NCBI GenBank assembly: GCA_036172245.1
Contig: JAYWIR010000014.1
Location: 2,046,001 to 2,110,000 of the forward strand
Direction: 5' to 3'
Length of the DNA stretch: 64,000 bases
Source: Raillietiella orientalis
Lineage: Eukaryota
A program made the position numbers and the translations under genes. Below the pieces are notes generated by a model that saw nothing but the letters and a program-made list of their open reading frames with translations, ran no database searches and was not told where the DNA came from. Within the stretch, counting starts at the first letter, position 1. The number at the start of each line of letters is the position of its first letter. Below are positions 1-10,649 of the stretch, piece by piece.

Positions 1-3000
1 GCAGGAATCTTTGCTGTGGAGCAGGAAGGATCACGAAACGCTCTCCGACTTCCTGCGCGCATCTGAATGTCTGCTCGGATACATATTAGTTCCAAGTTGT
101 GGGAGATAAGGGCTGTTGACGGTAACGAAGAGGACGTGGGGAGGTAGAGGTGGCGGGAAAAGGAACAGGGAGGGGGGGGGGGGGGGAAGTCGAACCATTG
201 AAGTGAGCGGAGGGGTAAATCCACACGTTCAGATCGGGAATAAGCGATTCCCGGGAAAAAGTGAGAGCAGGGACAGGGAAAGAATCGATACTGAAAACGT
301 GCGACGGGAAGTCAAGCTGACCTCTACTCTGAAAATCGCGAGGTAACGGGTCACGGTGACACGGGAGCGACTGCGCTGGAAACGGAACTGGAATGGACCG
401 TTGGTCCCACGAGCACGCGAAGAAGAGGGATTTTCCTTCTTTCGTTCGTTCCTACCGGAAGGAAGAAAAGAAACGTTGTTTCAGGGTCTCGTGAGAGACC
501 CACAGCAGCGGATTAAGCCCGGAAGAAAGAGGAGATCGTGATCGGAGACGAAAGAAATCGAATTCCTTTCATGGCGAGGGGTTCACGCGTACGGCACCGG
601 CACACTTCCTCACCTTTCGTCAGTGCTCGTCCTTCTCAGCAGGGATCGAAAGCAGATTTTTATTATTTCTCGTAGAAGGTCACGCCACCTCCGATCGTCG
701 TTTAAAGTGAAGCTGACTGGAGTTGCCGAATTGACGCTCGAGGTCCAAGGGAGTAATCAAAGGGGAAAGGGGGTGAGCGAGGAACGTGATCAGAAACCAA
801 CTTCACTTGAAGCAGACCTCTAGAGTGGGTGTCGGCGCCCCGATCGTCCGAAACGCACACCCCAGTTCATGCTAAGTACGGTAATGCAATTTATTTTCCT
901 GCAGACCCTTAAATTGCACTTCACAAGCCGACATGGCGTTGACACGTGAAGTGCAATCCAATGGTCTGGGGAGCAATCGATCTTCTGGACTGTTCTGCTG
1001 TGAACGAAGATCGGAAGAGGGTCATAAAGGGGACGACGTAACATACAAATCAGGGGAAACGGCAGCATCAGGACTCGAGCTGCAGGACAATCTTCACACT
1101 AAAGATGGACCTATACAAAGGATTCCCGTCGCTAACTTTTCATACTCGGGAGCTTTTCATCTTAACCGCGCCCTGAATAAATGTGCCGAAGGTTCGAAAG
1201 GTTTCGAGAAGACGGTCGCGCTTTGCGTTTCCTAAAGATTTGTGTAAGCTGCGTTATTGCTGCCTTTTGTTCGAAATTACAAACCTTGAGCAGTCCTAAA
1301 TAATTAAATGGCCATTTCGAATGCCATGTGCGAGTCCGCTATCCTCGGAATGAAAAGTATCGATTACTATAAATAAAAGCAGTTCTGGTGTCCCCCCCCC
1401 CCCCAAAGGAAGCCTCCTCGCTGTCCAATTTTCCAGTCATCCCTAGCCTTTGATTCAAGGAACGCTGTGGGAAAGTGCGTTTCTTAGAGGCGATCAGGGA
1501 AAGATGGATCCACGTTGCCTCAATAAAGGATCTTTCGGGAATCCTGTTTCCATCTTTCCTGAAGTCTGTCTCTTCCTTCCCGTGCGAGTTTGCAGAAAGA
1601 CTATGCATCCCAGTAAAACGGGTAAATCCACTGTAGGAAGCAACCGGGCTCGTTACAAGGTGTCCCCCTCAGCCACCCCACTAATTCACAAACAGCTAGT
1701 AGCTCGGAGCACGATTTTCCCCGGTTTCGATCCGTACCCCACTTCGCATAACCACAGGAGAGTTGACCGGGCTGCGGAGGGGAGGCAAACTGGTATCTGG
1801 GAACCAAAATCTCGGGGCACACGGGGCCAGTTGGTTCGTGGATTCCCGTTACCCAGCACGGAAGCAGTTGCGAACGCATGGCGGGGGGGAGGACCCAGCA
1901 CTGTGGACAAGTAAATGACTCACGTGGACACTTTTCAAAATCTGCTCTTCGACGTGCACGCCTAGCGCTTGCAGAGCACCTACGAGCCATTAGTTTCATG
2001 CACGACGGTTTTCAAAGTAAACACACATTTCGATCCGGGGAACGATGGCGCTTTTACTTCCGTGTTCCAGATTTCGGCCTGTTTAGTGAGTTTGGGGAGG
2101 ATCCTTCCGGAGCCAACCACGGCAGTTTGCACATTTCCTATTCTTCAAGACGTTTCGTTCCGTCCCCACTCCATTCCAGCTTTCACACGTTTGAGGATTC
2201 ACACATCACCGACCCAAACCGCCCTCACATGCAGTCTGCTAATGCACGGCAAGGGTTTGCTTTGCTGGGGCACGCCTCACCCCTGATGACTTTCCAACGA
2301 TTCTTACAAGAACCTTTTTCCACGCTGTATTGGTATCACCAGGAGCCGGTTCCTGAATTTCAACCACAGGATGCAGCCATTCCAAAATACCCGTTTCCTT
2401 GGAAACGGAACCACTTCCTTTTTTTAAAAAAAACAAACAAACAAACAAATGCAGTCCATGCTCTTCCTTTGGTATCCGCTTATAGCCTGGAATCTGAAAG
2501 TGATGCCTCGAGCATTCCAATCCCCTAATCCGTAGGAAGAGGGAAACAACTGCGAAAAAAAGTCGCTCGGTGAAAAGCGGAAAGAAAACAGGGAAAGAGC
2601 AGCAAGCATTCCTCATACGGACGAATGCATTTAAGACTGTTTTAATTACCTTGTGCAGTGATCCCGTATGAGTATCCTTTGGTGGGTTTTGCTTTCCCAG
2701 TCGCGCTGCACACACAAGCAAGCTCAGGAATCAAACCGAGCTCGTGGATCGTATTTCATTGATAAAAGTACTTTACACGGTACTGCATTCATGAATGGTG
2801 TGGACAGCAAAGGGCCACGAATTCACAAGCTTGGGCGAGAAAAGCTGCAGCTCTGAAGACACGGCAGTAGCTAGCACAAGATCGTCTTCAGTTTCATCTT
2901 CCGTATCAACCGCAACGATCTCGTTCTTACTGGCACTGCTGCTCCCCGCCGCACGTTACGCCACCCGCATGCTTTTTTTTTTTCTCCCCCCCTTTCTTTT

Positions 3001-3806
3001 TTTTTTTGGAAGTCGCGGGCTAAAAGAATCACAGGCAAAGTTTTTTTTTTTTTTTTTTTTGGAAATGGTCTCAAGTTTTTTTGTATTCAGCATATACAAC
3101 GAAGACGACTTCTGCATTACATGAACCGACGTCTGCCGCAGCAGCTCTCATCAGCAGTGACCTCAACTTTTTCCATTTCCGGTTTACAGCACCGGCAAAG
3201 ATTACACGAAGATGAGTGTCGCCGCACACGAACCAGTCTGTTGGCAGGAGGGCATTTCGAGAGTAGTAAGTAACAGCAGGTTACTCGTTTGGCACTTTCG
3301 CACACATTCCTATCGTGAAATGCAATTCTATCAGGACTCTATACTGTCGAGAGAATGAGCAAAGACAACTTTGGTGAGACGTATATGAAACGTGAAGATT
3401 GTGACCCACATAGGAAATACTTTGCACCATCTGTGGCTTATCGCAGTTTCTGCAGATGCAGGGTAGACAAACTTCATGTTTATTTTACCTCCCCACTTAC
3501 CTGTTCAGCCCAACAGGCTTGACTACTATCTGATGTAATGGCCATGTTCAAATTACGGCGTGCTCAACAAATCATGATTTCATTAATCCCATCTGATGGT
3601 ATATTTAAAAATCTCTTACATATAACGATACAGAACTTATAAGCAGCCTGACCTGGCCATGAATTCTTTATCATTGGTACATTTTTATGAAAGCAATACC
3701 ATTTTGATCACAGTTGGATTAATGCTGCTTTTAAAACCATCAAACTCTTTTCTAAATAATCCGCACAAACACTTTCAAGTTCGTAAAAGTACACGATTTA
3801 AGAGTG

Positions 3807-3882
3807 CAAAAAAAAAAAAAAAACCAAAAACAAAAACGTCACTGTTGCTTGATGATTCCACTGAATTTATTTCTAATTTATT
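3807..3882 (-). terminator. Likely STT3A polyadenylation signal region
   Basis: Two AATAAA hexamers on the minus strand (3882-3877 and 3871-3866), about 290 nt after the stop. They are followed about 30 nt later by a GT/T-rich tract (GTTTTTGTTTTTGGT(T)n, ~3838-3807), the usual downstream element. Confidence 0.6.
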
Positions 3883-4164
3883 GGCACTTCCTTGTAATTC
3901 AAGTTTGCTGAATTCAAGTCGATTAAAGTTCAGTAGATTGTAAATTTTTCAATATATCTTTAACGATATTCTTTCCTTTAATTTGAAGTAATGCTGGACA
4001 GGTTTGTCCAAATAAAAATGACTCTTGATAACATAATATGCAAACTTGATATAGACTCAGCAGTTCACTTGTAACTCACTTTCTATATGTGATACGTTTA
4101 ATATTTTCGATAAATTATAGTCTCAACTGATCAGCTAAATACTGAATACAGGAAACAATATCTC

Positions 4165-4499
4165 TTATACTCCCCGGTTGGTGGGTGTCTTTACTTTATA
4201 TATACGCACTATCCAGTGTTCACTTGTAAAGGCTTCTTCAAGCACTTCCAATTCAAAGTCTTTGTTACCAATTTCCGAATTGCGAACTCTATCATAGCCT
4301 AAGGGCTTTCCTGTTTCAGTGTACACTTGGCCAAAGCGGTAGTAGCACAGTTTATACATGAGACAGTTTAACATGGTTGGAGAACCCTGTTGATCCACTC
4401 TTAGTTCACCATGAGCTGTGTAGTAATCTTGCTCACGAATATGAGTCCCACGTTCTGTACTACCTCCTATGCGGACCATCCAGAGAAATTTGTTGATAT
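4165..4499 (-). CDS. STT3A: STT3A exon 9 ([13 protein letters not shown]...TPTNRGV*)
   Basis: Acceptor TTTTCTAG ending at 4500; TAA stop at 4167-4165. Confidence 0.96.
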
Positions 4500-6874
4500 C
4501 TAGAAAAGCTGATGGATGCTTCACAATATGCTCACTCACCATCAGATGAATAGCCTGTCAACCCTCCAAATATAACAAGTACATAATCTACATCTAGTTC
4601 TTGCATAATTTCATAAGCTTTACTTTCAGTTGATGCCATTGCCTGTCCTACTCGAGAGATATGTGTATTATTCCAGGTATTATTGTCCACCAGAACAGTC
4701 CGGTTAGCCATTGCTGTGATCTGATATCCATAATCCCACCAGGACATAACTCTAGCATTTTCTGGAGTATTGTGACGAAGCCAGTAGTAAGCCTCTCGAA
4801 AGTCATCAAAAATAATCCTGGAACCATCACTTCCTCGAGCTGAGAGTACTATACTGGGCGAACTATATGCTTCTGATGTCACCCAGACACAATGGTAACT
4901 GTAAGTAATGAGGAACAAGGCCATGATACCCACAAAAGTAGTTCCAATCTGATGCCACAACAAAATATGATCCTACTAAATTATTATTCTCATGTTTACC
5001 TCATTCTTCATAGGGAAATTGGCACTCAATTTCTTATTCTTTTTATCTTGGTTCTGTTGTTCTGGGACTAAAAATCGCATGTGTGTACCCAAAAGTGATG
5101 ACACTGCTATTCCCGAAAGAATGCACATGACTGGAGCCAACACTAGCATAAGCCGCACCATAACTCCCTACAAAATTACAGCAGTTCAATGAATACTAGA
5201 TCACAACAGTGATGTGCAACTCACTGCAAAATAGATGCTGGTAACACCATACATAATAATAAACATATTGGCATCAGTGAGATGACTTAAGCAGAAGTAT
5301 AGCCCTGCTGGAAACAGAAATACCAAAATTTGCAGGTCAAAATAAAATGAGCTCCATGATGTAGGCTGGTGTTCGGATACTGATGCAATGATTGGAATAT
5401 TGTTTTTGGCATAGGAAGGATCCAACAGTGAATAAAAACGTCCTGTCCATGGAGCAATTTTTCCTGCAACACTTAATCCAAAAATAGCCACTAATGCAGC
5501 GCATCCAATTACACTGAAGGTAAATTTCACCAAAAAGAAAAACTGTTCCACAGTCACAATGCTCCTCAGATAAGAAATAAAGGCATACACTTGGCATAGC
5601 CCAAACACTCCAAAGGCCTATTAATATAACAAAATAAGTAAGTCACCTATTCTGTATTAACTTACAGCCAAGTGTTCACTTGATTGAACAGCTTGAAAGC
5701 CAACAAATGGGATCTGCATGGATAAAATAGTTCCAATACAATACAGAGTACTGTAAGCTATATATATTCGATGAGAGAATCTCCCAGTTAGCATAAGTGC
5801 TAAGACATGCAGTGGAATCAAGTTGATCAGAAAAACATAACCTCCCCACGAAGAGACCTGCCACATGTAAACACTAGGAACAGGCTATGACTAACGCACC
5901 ATGTAAAAATATGCTAAAGAGCACATTACACTCCAGTAGAGAGAGCCACTTTTAACTGATTTGATCCACATGTAGTATGTGAGAAGCATGCAGAAAATGG
6001 CTATGCCTTCATTATCATATGAACCAGCAACTGAGCGGGAAATGTAACCAGGCACAATAGAAATTAAAGCTGCAGCCACCAAACCAGCTGCATCATTCTA
6101 GCAAACATACTTAAAGATACATAAAATGAATGTATACATTACTTTTAATTCTTTTGTTAACAAATAGGTAATTATTGTTGTCAAACTTGAGAAGAATGGT
6201 GCCAAAAATACGCACACATTTCGAACATCAACAGTGACATGAAGAAAGTTCAAGATGTGATAAATTACTGCAGAGGTGACCATTAATCCAGGATAAATAG
6301 TTCCTTAAAGACAAAAATAATTAATTTTGAAATAGCTTATCAAAGAAATTGGGAAAATTATGAGCATTAACTCGGAAAATAATAAGTGCAGTGACTACAG
6401 TATTGTATTTCTGCATATTCTTTGACAGCAGAAAAAAAATACATTTGAAATCAATTATCTGGCTCCTAGACTCTGGGAAAGGAGAAAACAAAGAAAGTCT
6501 TCTTACCACCTATAATTCTGCCCAAAGGATACCAGGCCTTATCATCAAACCAGTTATGAAAACTGTAGAATCCTTCATCGGCCAAATACTTGGTAGTGCG
6601 ATAATTGAAATACGGATCAAATTCATGTATGACACTTTCAAATCGTAAAACGGAAAACAATCTTACGGAGAAAGCTACAAAAAAAAAAAAAACACACCAA
6701 ATTAATTAATGAATCTAAGTGTCGTGAAAAGGAAAATAATAATTCTGATCTCGTTAACTTTACCATACACATACCTAAGGTGGCGGCAACTACGAGAATA
6801 ATCCATTTCAGCAGGGAATCTTGTCTCTCGTGATACAAAACAGTTTTAGGAAGAACTGTGGGCTTCAGCATCAT
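4165..6874 (-). CDS. STT3A: Dolichyl-diphosphooligosaccharide--protein glycosyltransferase catalytic subunit, STT3A type; 9 exons, 707 aa
   Basis: Hand-spliced join: complement(6775-6874, 6507-6674, 6143-6303, 5900-6097, 5666-5857, 5225-5617, 5000-5167, 4540-4948, 4165-4499) = 2124 nt, in frame, all introns GT-AG. Hallmark STT3 motifs are present: [34 protein letters not shown] (4727-4741) and [10 protein letters not shown]. The segment [18 protein letters not shown]...QITAMANRT...[10 protein letters not shown] and the short C-terminus ([11 protein letters not shown]) resemble STT3A rather than STT3B. Confidence 0.96.
4540..4948 (-). CDS. STT3A: STT3A exon 8 (IGTTFVG...WWDYG...GYSSD)
   Basis: Acceptor CATCAG ending at 4949; donor G|GTGAGT at 4539; contains the WWDYG motif. 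Confidence 0.96.
5000..5167 (-). CDS. STT3A: STT3A exon 7 ([12 protein letters not shown]...PMKNE)
   Basis: Acceptor TTTTGTAG ending at 5168; donor GAG|GTAAAC at 4999. Confidence 0.95.
5225..5617 (-). CDS. STT3A: STT3A exon 6 (AFGVFGLCQ...SVSEHQP...IYFA)
   Basis: Acceptor TAATAG ending at 5618; donor GCA|GTGAGT at 5224. Confidence 0.95.
5666..5857 (-). CDS. STT3A: STT3A exon 5 ([17 protein letters not shown]...SSEHLA)
   Basis: Acceptor GGCAG ending at 5858; donor GCT|GTAAGT at 5665. Confidence 0.95.
5900..6097 (-). CDS. STT3A: STT3A exon 4 ([11 protein letters not shown]...[12 protein letters not shown]...YFYM)
   Basis: Acceptor TTTGCTAG ending at 6098; donor ATG|GTGCGT at 5899. Confidence 0.95.
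6143..6303 (-). CDS. STT3A: STT3A exon 3 ([11 protein letters not shown]...TKELK)
   Basis: Acceptor TTTAAG ending at 6304; donor AAA|GTAATG at 6142. Confidence 0.95.
6507..6674 (-). CDS. STT3A: STT3A exon 2 ([24 protein letters not shown]...GRIIG)
   Basis: Acceptor (T)nGTAG ending at 6675; donor G|GTAAGA at 6506; contains the conserved EFDPYFN motif. Confidence 0.95.
6775..6874 (-). CDS. STT3A: STT3A exon 1 (MMLKPTV...VAATL)
   Basis: ATG at 6874 with a second ATG at 6871; donor G|GTATGT at 6774. The exact start codon is less certain than the internal exons. Confidence 0.8.
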
Positions 6875-7124
6875 TACCTAATTTCTAGAAAATGGATAAT
6901 ACAGTGTTCTTATTACAGTCATCACTGTGCTTGCAATCATCAAGTTCCATAAAATGTGAATACTATGTCTTTAAACACAATCATGATTTCAGGAATGGAT
7001 GTGGGCATAACGACAAACTTTGAAAGGCAAAAACAAGCAAATTTGTTTTGAAAACTACAAGCTTTTAAACCGAGCCCGATATGAATTCGTCAAAGGCAAA
7101 ACAAGGTTTTAAAAGCTAGATAAC

Positions 7125-7156
7125 TCATATCACAGGTGTATCTACCTGTGATATGA
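7125..7156. repeat. Perfect 13-bp inverted repeat with 6-nt spacer, upstream of STT3A
   Basis: TCATATCACAGGT-gtatct-ACCTGTGATATGA. Confidence 0.9.
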
Positions 7157-8266
7157 CAAAATTTTCCTAACGCCAAATTAATTACTTCCCATTGTTTGCA
7201 TCACTAATTAGCACGTTTAGATACTGATAGGCAATAATTCATGGCCACAAATCATCCACTCTTTTCAGTTTCAACGAAGTAAAACCAACGTCACCCGAGA
7301 CCACGGCAGCGGCACACGTAAAAGCAACCGCAAGCAAATAACTTCAAAACATACACGTGTTGGAAATGTAATCGAAAGCAGGTTTCCCAGATGCCAGCAA
7401 AATTGTGGGCATCCCGTTATCCATGAATTCAGCACAATAGATAATCATTTCAAACTCGAATGACTTGAATCTTTCTACAAAAAATTTTCCTATATGTAAA
7501 TTATGACACTTCGTAGCCTAATGTATATTTGCTTCTCACTAGATGCAACTTTTTGGATGTTTGTCTGCATTGTGAAAAATGCTAGCAATAAATTAATTTA
7601 TCTCATGGACATGCACAAGCACTTAAACTGAAATCAAGTTTCATTATCCAGATGCCCCAATAAAATAAATCTGGTAACCTAAAAAAAAAAAATTCAAGAG
7701 AATTAGTAATGCAAACTGATACTCTCGGAGCATTATTTCACATTTATGATGAGATCGTTATTGTCTGTGTTTGTGGATAATTTTTTATGTAAACAGAATG
7801 CCAGTCATGAATTCATCGAGAGGAAAGTTTTCTTTCGGATTGTATTCCCCCACAAGCCAATTTCTTGCGTGCACAAGAAACCTTTTCGAACATTCTCATA
7901 CGAAGCAAGGATCTTTCTGCTAAATGAACCATTCTAACGAAAATTACGGAAACTCAGTTGCCATGCAATGATTCAATCTGTTTCCTTTGCATAGCTTTGC
8001 ATTTGTGGAAATGGTGATCGAAAGTTTGCTTTTGGCTGCAAAGTAGACTCCATTCATCCGTGCTCGTTGCAAATAGACTGTCAAATGCAGTGGGTCCTGT
8101 CAACGTTAGCTTCGTTTTCCTAACGTCTGTGAATGCTTCCATCTACGGCTTACTCTTTGGTTTTGGATGATCCATCTGCACAATGTAATTACTCCTTTCT
8201 TATTGGGAAGCAGTGTGTAAATTACTGATCTTAATGGAATCTTAATGTGAATTCCATTAAACTGGG

Positions 8267-8388
8267 ATTACCCAGTTGACTTTCCCGTGCTCGGAATGAG
8301 CGTGTCAGTGGTTGACAGGGAGGCAGTGCGAATGGGGTGAGGCAGGGACAACTTGCCCATCCATTTGGAAGGGGAAGTGCCGCCATCT
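8267..8388 (+). repeat. 122-bp dispersed repeat, copy 1
   Basis: Aligns without gaps to 10352-10473 with 9 mismatches (~93% identity, hand count). Confidence 0.92.
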
Positions 8389-10351
8389 TGATGCGAATTT
8401 TTAAAACAATTTAAATGCATATATTTTGAACTTCCGAATGCCTATTAGTTCTGAATAAGACTTTCCATGCTTTATTCGTTTCTGTATTTACTATTTCGAT
8501 AGTTCATCATCATCAGGAATTTTAATTCATTCAGGCTACTACTTTTACTTGTTTTGAAAATGCATGTTTTACGTGAACATCTACTCTTGTGATTGTTACG
8601 TTGCGTGTATAATTCTTCTATCTGTCTATTTATACACTTTACTATACACGCAAGTGAGGTCACGTGCGTATGTACAAAATGTTATGCACACACAACCCTG
8701 ATGGGCACCTGTTCTAAGGATTACTCTCTTGTTTGAAGATTCCGATATGAAAATCCTGATATGTGTTTTTAAATTAAGAGCAAAAAATAAAGTAACTCAC
8801 ATACTGACAAAATTCGTCAGTGATGGCAATCAATATAAAGAAGAAACTTGGGGTTCACGAGGAAAAAACAGAAGCTTAGCTTGTTCCTGGGAAATGTTCC
8901 AGGTTTCATGTTCATTACTTGAGCACAGTTTATGTGCTGGTTTTAAGCTTGTATGGATCGGACGATCGCTTTGCAAGCAATTGTAAGGAGGAAGCAGAAA
9001 ACAAATTCGTTTATTTATTTTTGGATTCTTGCCACAAATCATCCGAGGGGAAGATGAAAATTTTCCTTTCGGCAAATTAGCAGTGAGTTTGAAAGGTGAG
9101 GCACTGACCTGCAAACGAATTCCATGCTCTTCACAGATGGATTTTCCACTATAGCGAATTTCTTCAAACTTGCATCCATTCCTATGAGTTGAGTAACTCT
9201 TCCTGTTAATGTTCGATCTGCTGCAAAAGCAGCTCAGTTGGGTTTTCATCTGACCTAAGCAACTTTGGTCAACCCCAAACGATACATTTATTTGTCAGAG
9301 AAGTCATTTTTCCTCAGTAGATGAAATTGTTTAAGAAGCGAAAGGGAAAAAAAAAAGAAATTGATTCTTGAACTCATTTGTGTGCCATAATATTTGTGTA
9401 CAAAACAAACAAAAGTACCCTGAGCATCGTGAAGAAAGAAACGGCATCGAATTGGCAGCAAATCCAGCTTAGAGCTTGAAAAACCGGTTTGCTGCACATG
9501 GCGGGAATCACTTCGTTTATGTTCCTCTGGGAAGGATTTCAGTATATCCGAGGGAAATGCCAATTGATAATTTCACACACGTAGGAACAGCACAGCAGTG
9601 TCTGTGAAACGTCACGTGGACATCAGTGTATCCGTGGACTTCTGATCTGATCCTTAAAGATTAAAGGTGCACGCATTTCGACCATGAGCTAATGAGCAGC
9701 AATCTGTGTAGGATGCCTGCTGACTGGAATCAGGCTGCACGGTTCTCCGTCTCATTCGGTGATTCACGGGGAAAAACACAGGTCGGGGGACACTTGGAGT
9801 TTTTCAAAGATACAGAACGACATCGAAGAAAGCATCCAATCTTCGAGGAGGAGCTTTTTGGATCAAAATTGCGAGTACAATGATCTCTGTGACGAGAAAC
9901 TTATGCTTTGTTAGGAAGGTGAGAGAGGTAAGCGACAGACCCATCCTCAGGAAGGAAGCCACTTGGGCTCTTTCTTCCCTGGATGACTTTTGTGATCGTA
10001 AGAGACTGCCTTCGGAGCCGACTTATCTCCACCACCCTGCGCGTGTTATTGGCAGGTGGAAGGCACTCATTTTGTCCTTCGGACGACGGTCGGGAGTTTG
10101 CGACCCCGGATGATTTCGCTTTCGCGGCCCGACGAAGCTGCAAGAAATGGCAGCTGTCCACCGGCTGCTCGGAGAAGACCCATAAAATTCTCGTCCCTCT
10201 CCCTCCCCCACACAAGTGCAAGGTTGCGGACACACGCTATTCGTGACCTCTCTCCTCTCGGAGTTATGTTTTAGGCGGGGGGGGAAGCCCGTAGCGGCAC
10301 TGGACCTTCTGTGAGGTTTTGAGAAACCGGAAACCAACAGCGTCACCCAGA

Positions 10352-10473
10352 ATTACGCAGTTGACTTTCCTGTACTCGGAATGAGCGTGACAGTGGTTGA
10401 CAGGGAGACAGCGCGAATGGGGTGAGGCAGGGAGAACTTGCCCATCCATTTGGAAAGGGAAGTGCTGCCATCT
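10352..10473 (+). repeat. 122-bp dispersed repeat, copy 2
   Basis: Same-orientation copy of 8267-8388. Confidence 0.92.
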
Positions 10474-10649
10474 GAATGGGAAGGGTGCGCCCATCAAGTA
10501 GAGATCCCATTGTGGGATTAACAAAGATTAAGTGACGGGAGCACCTGATTCAAGAAAATCGGGTCTTTTGTGGATGAAGAGGAAGCTCTCTCGCACATGT
10601 GCTGCACTCGAAGCGAGGTTTTGGGGTGGGTGGAGGACTACCGCTCTAT

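Noticed and set aside
7244..9044. 14-bp match GCCACAAATCATCC at ~7244 and 9031
   Set aside because: Several 14-mer matches are expected by chance in 64 kb, and the match does not extend.
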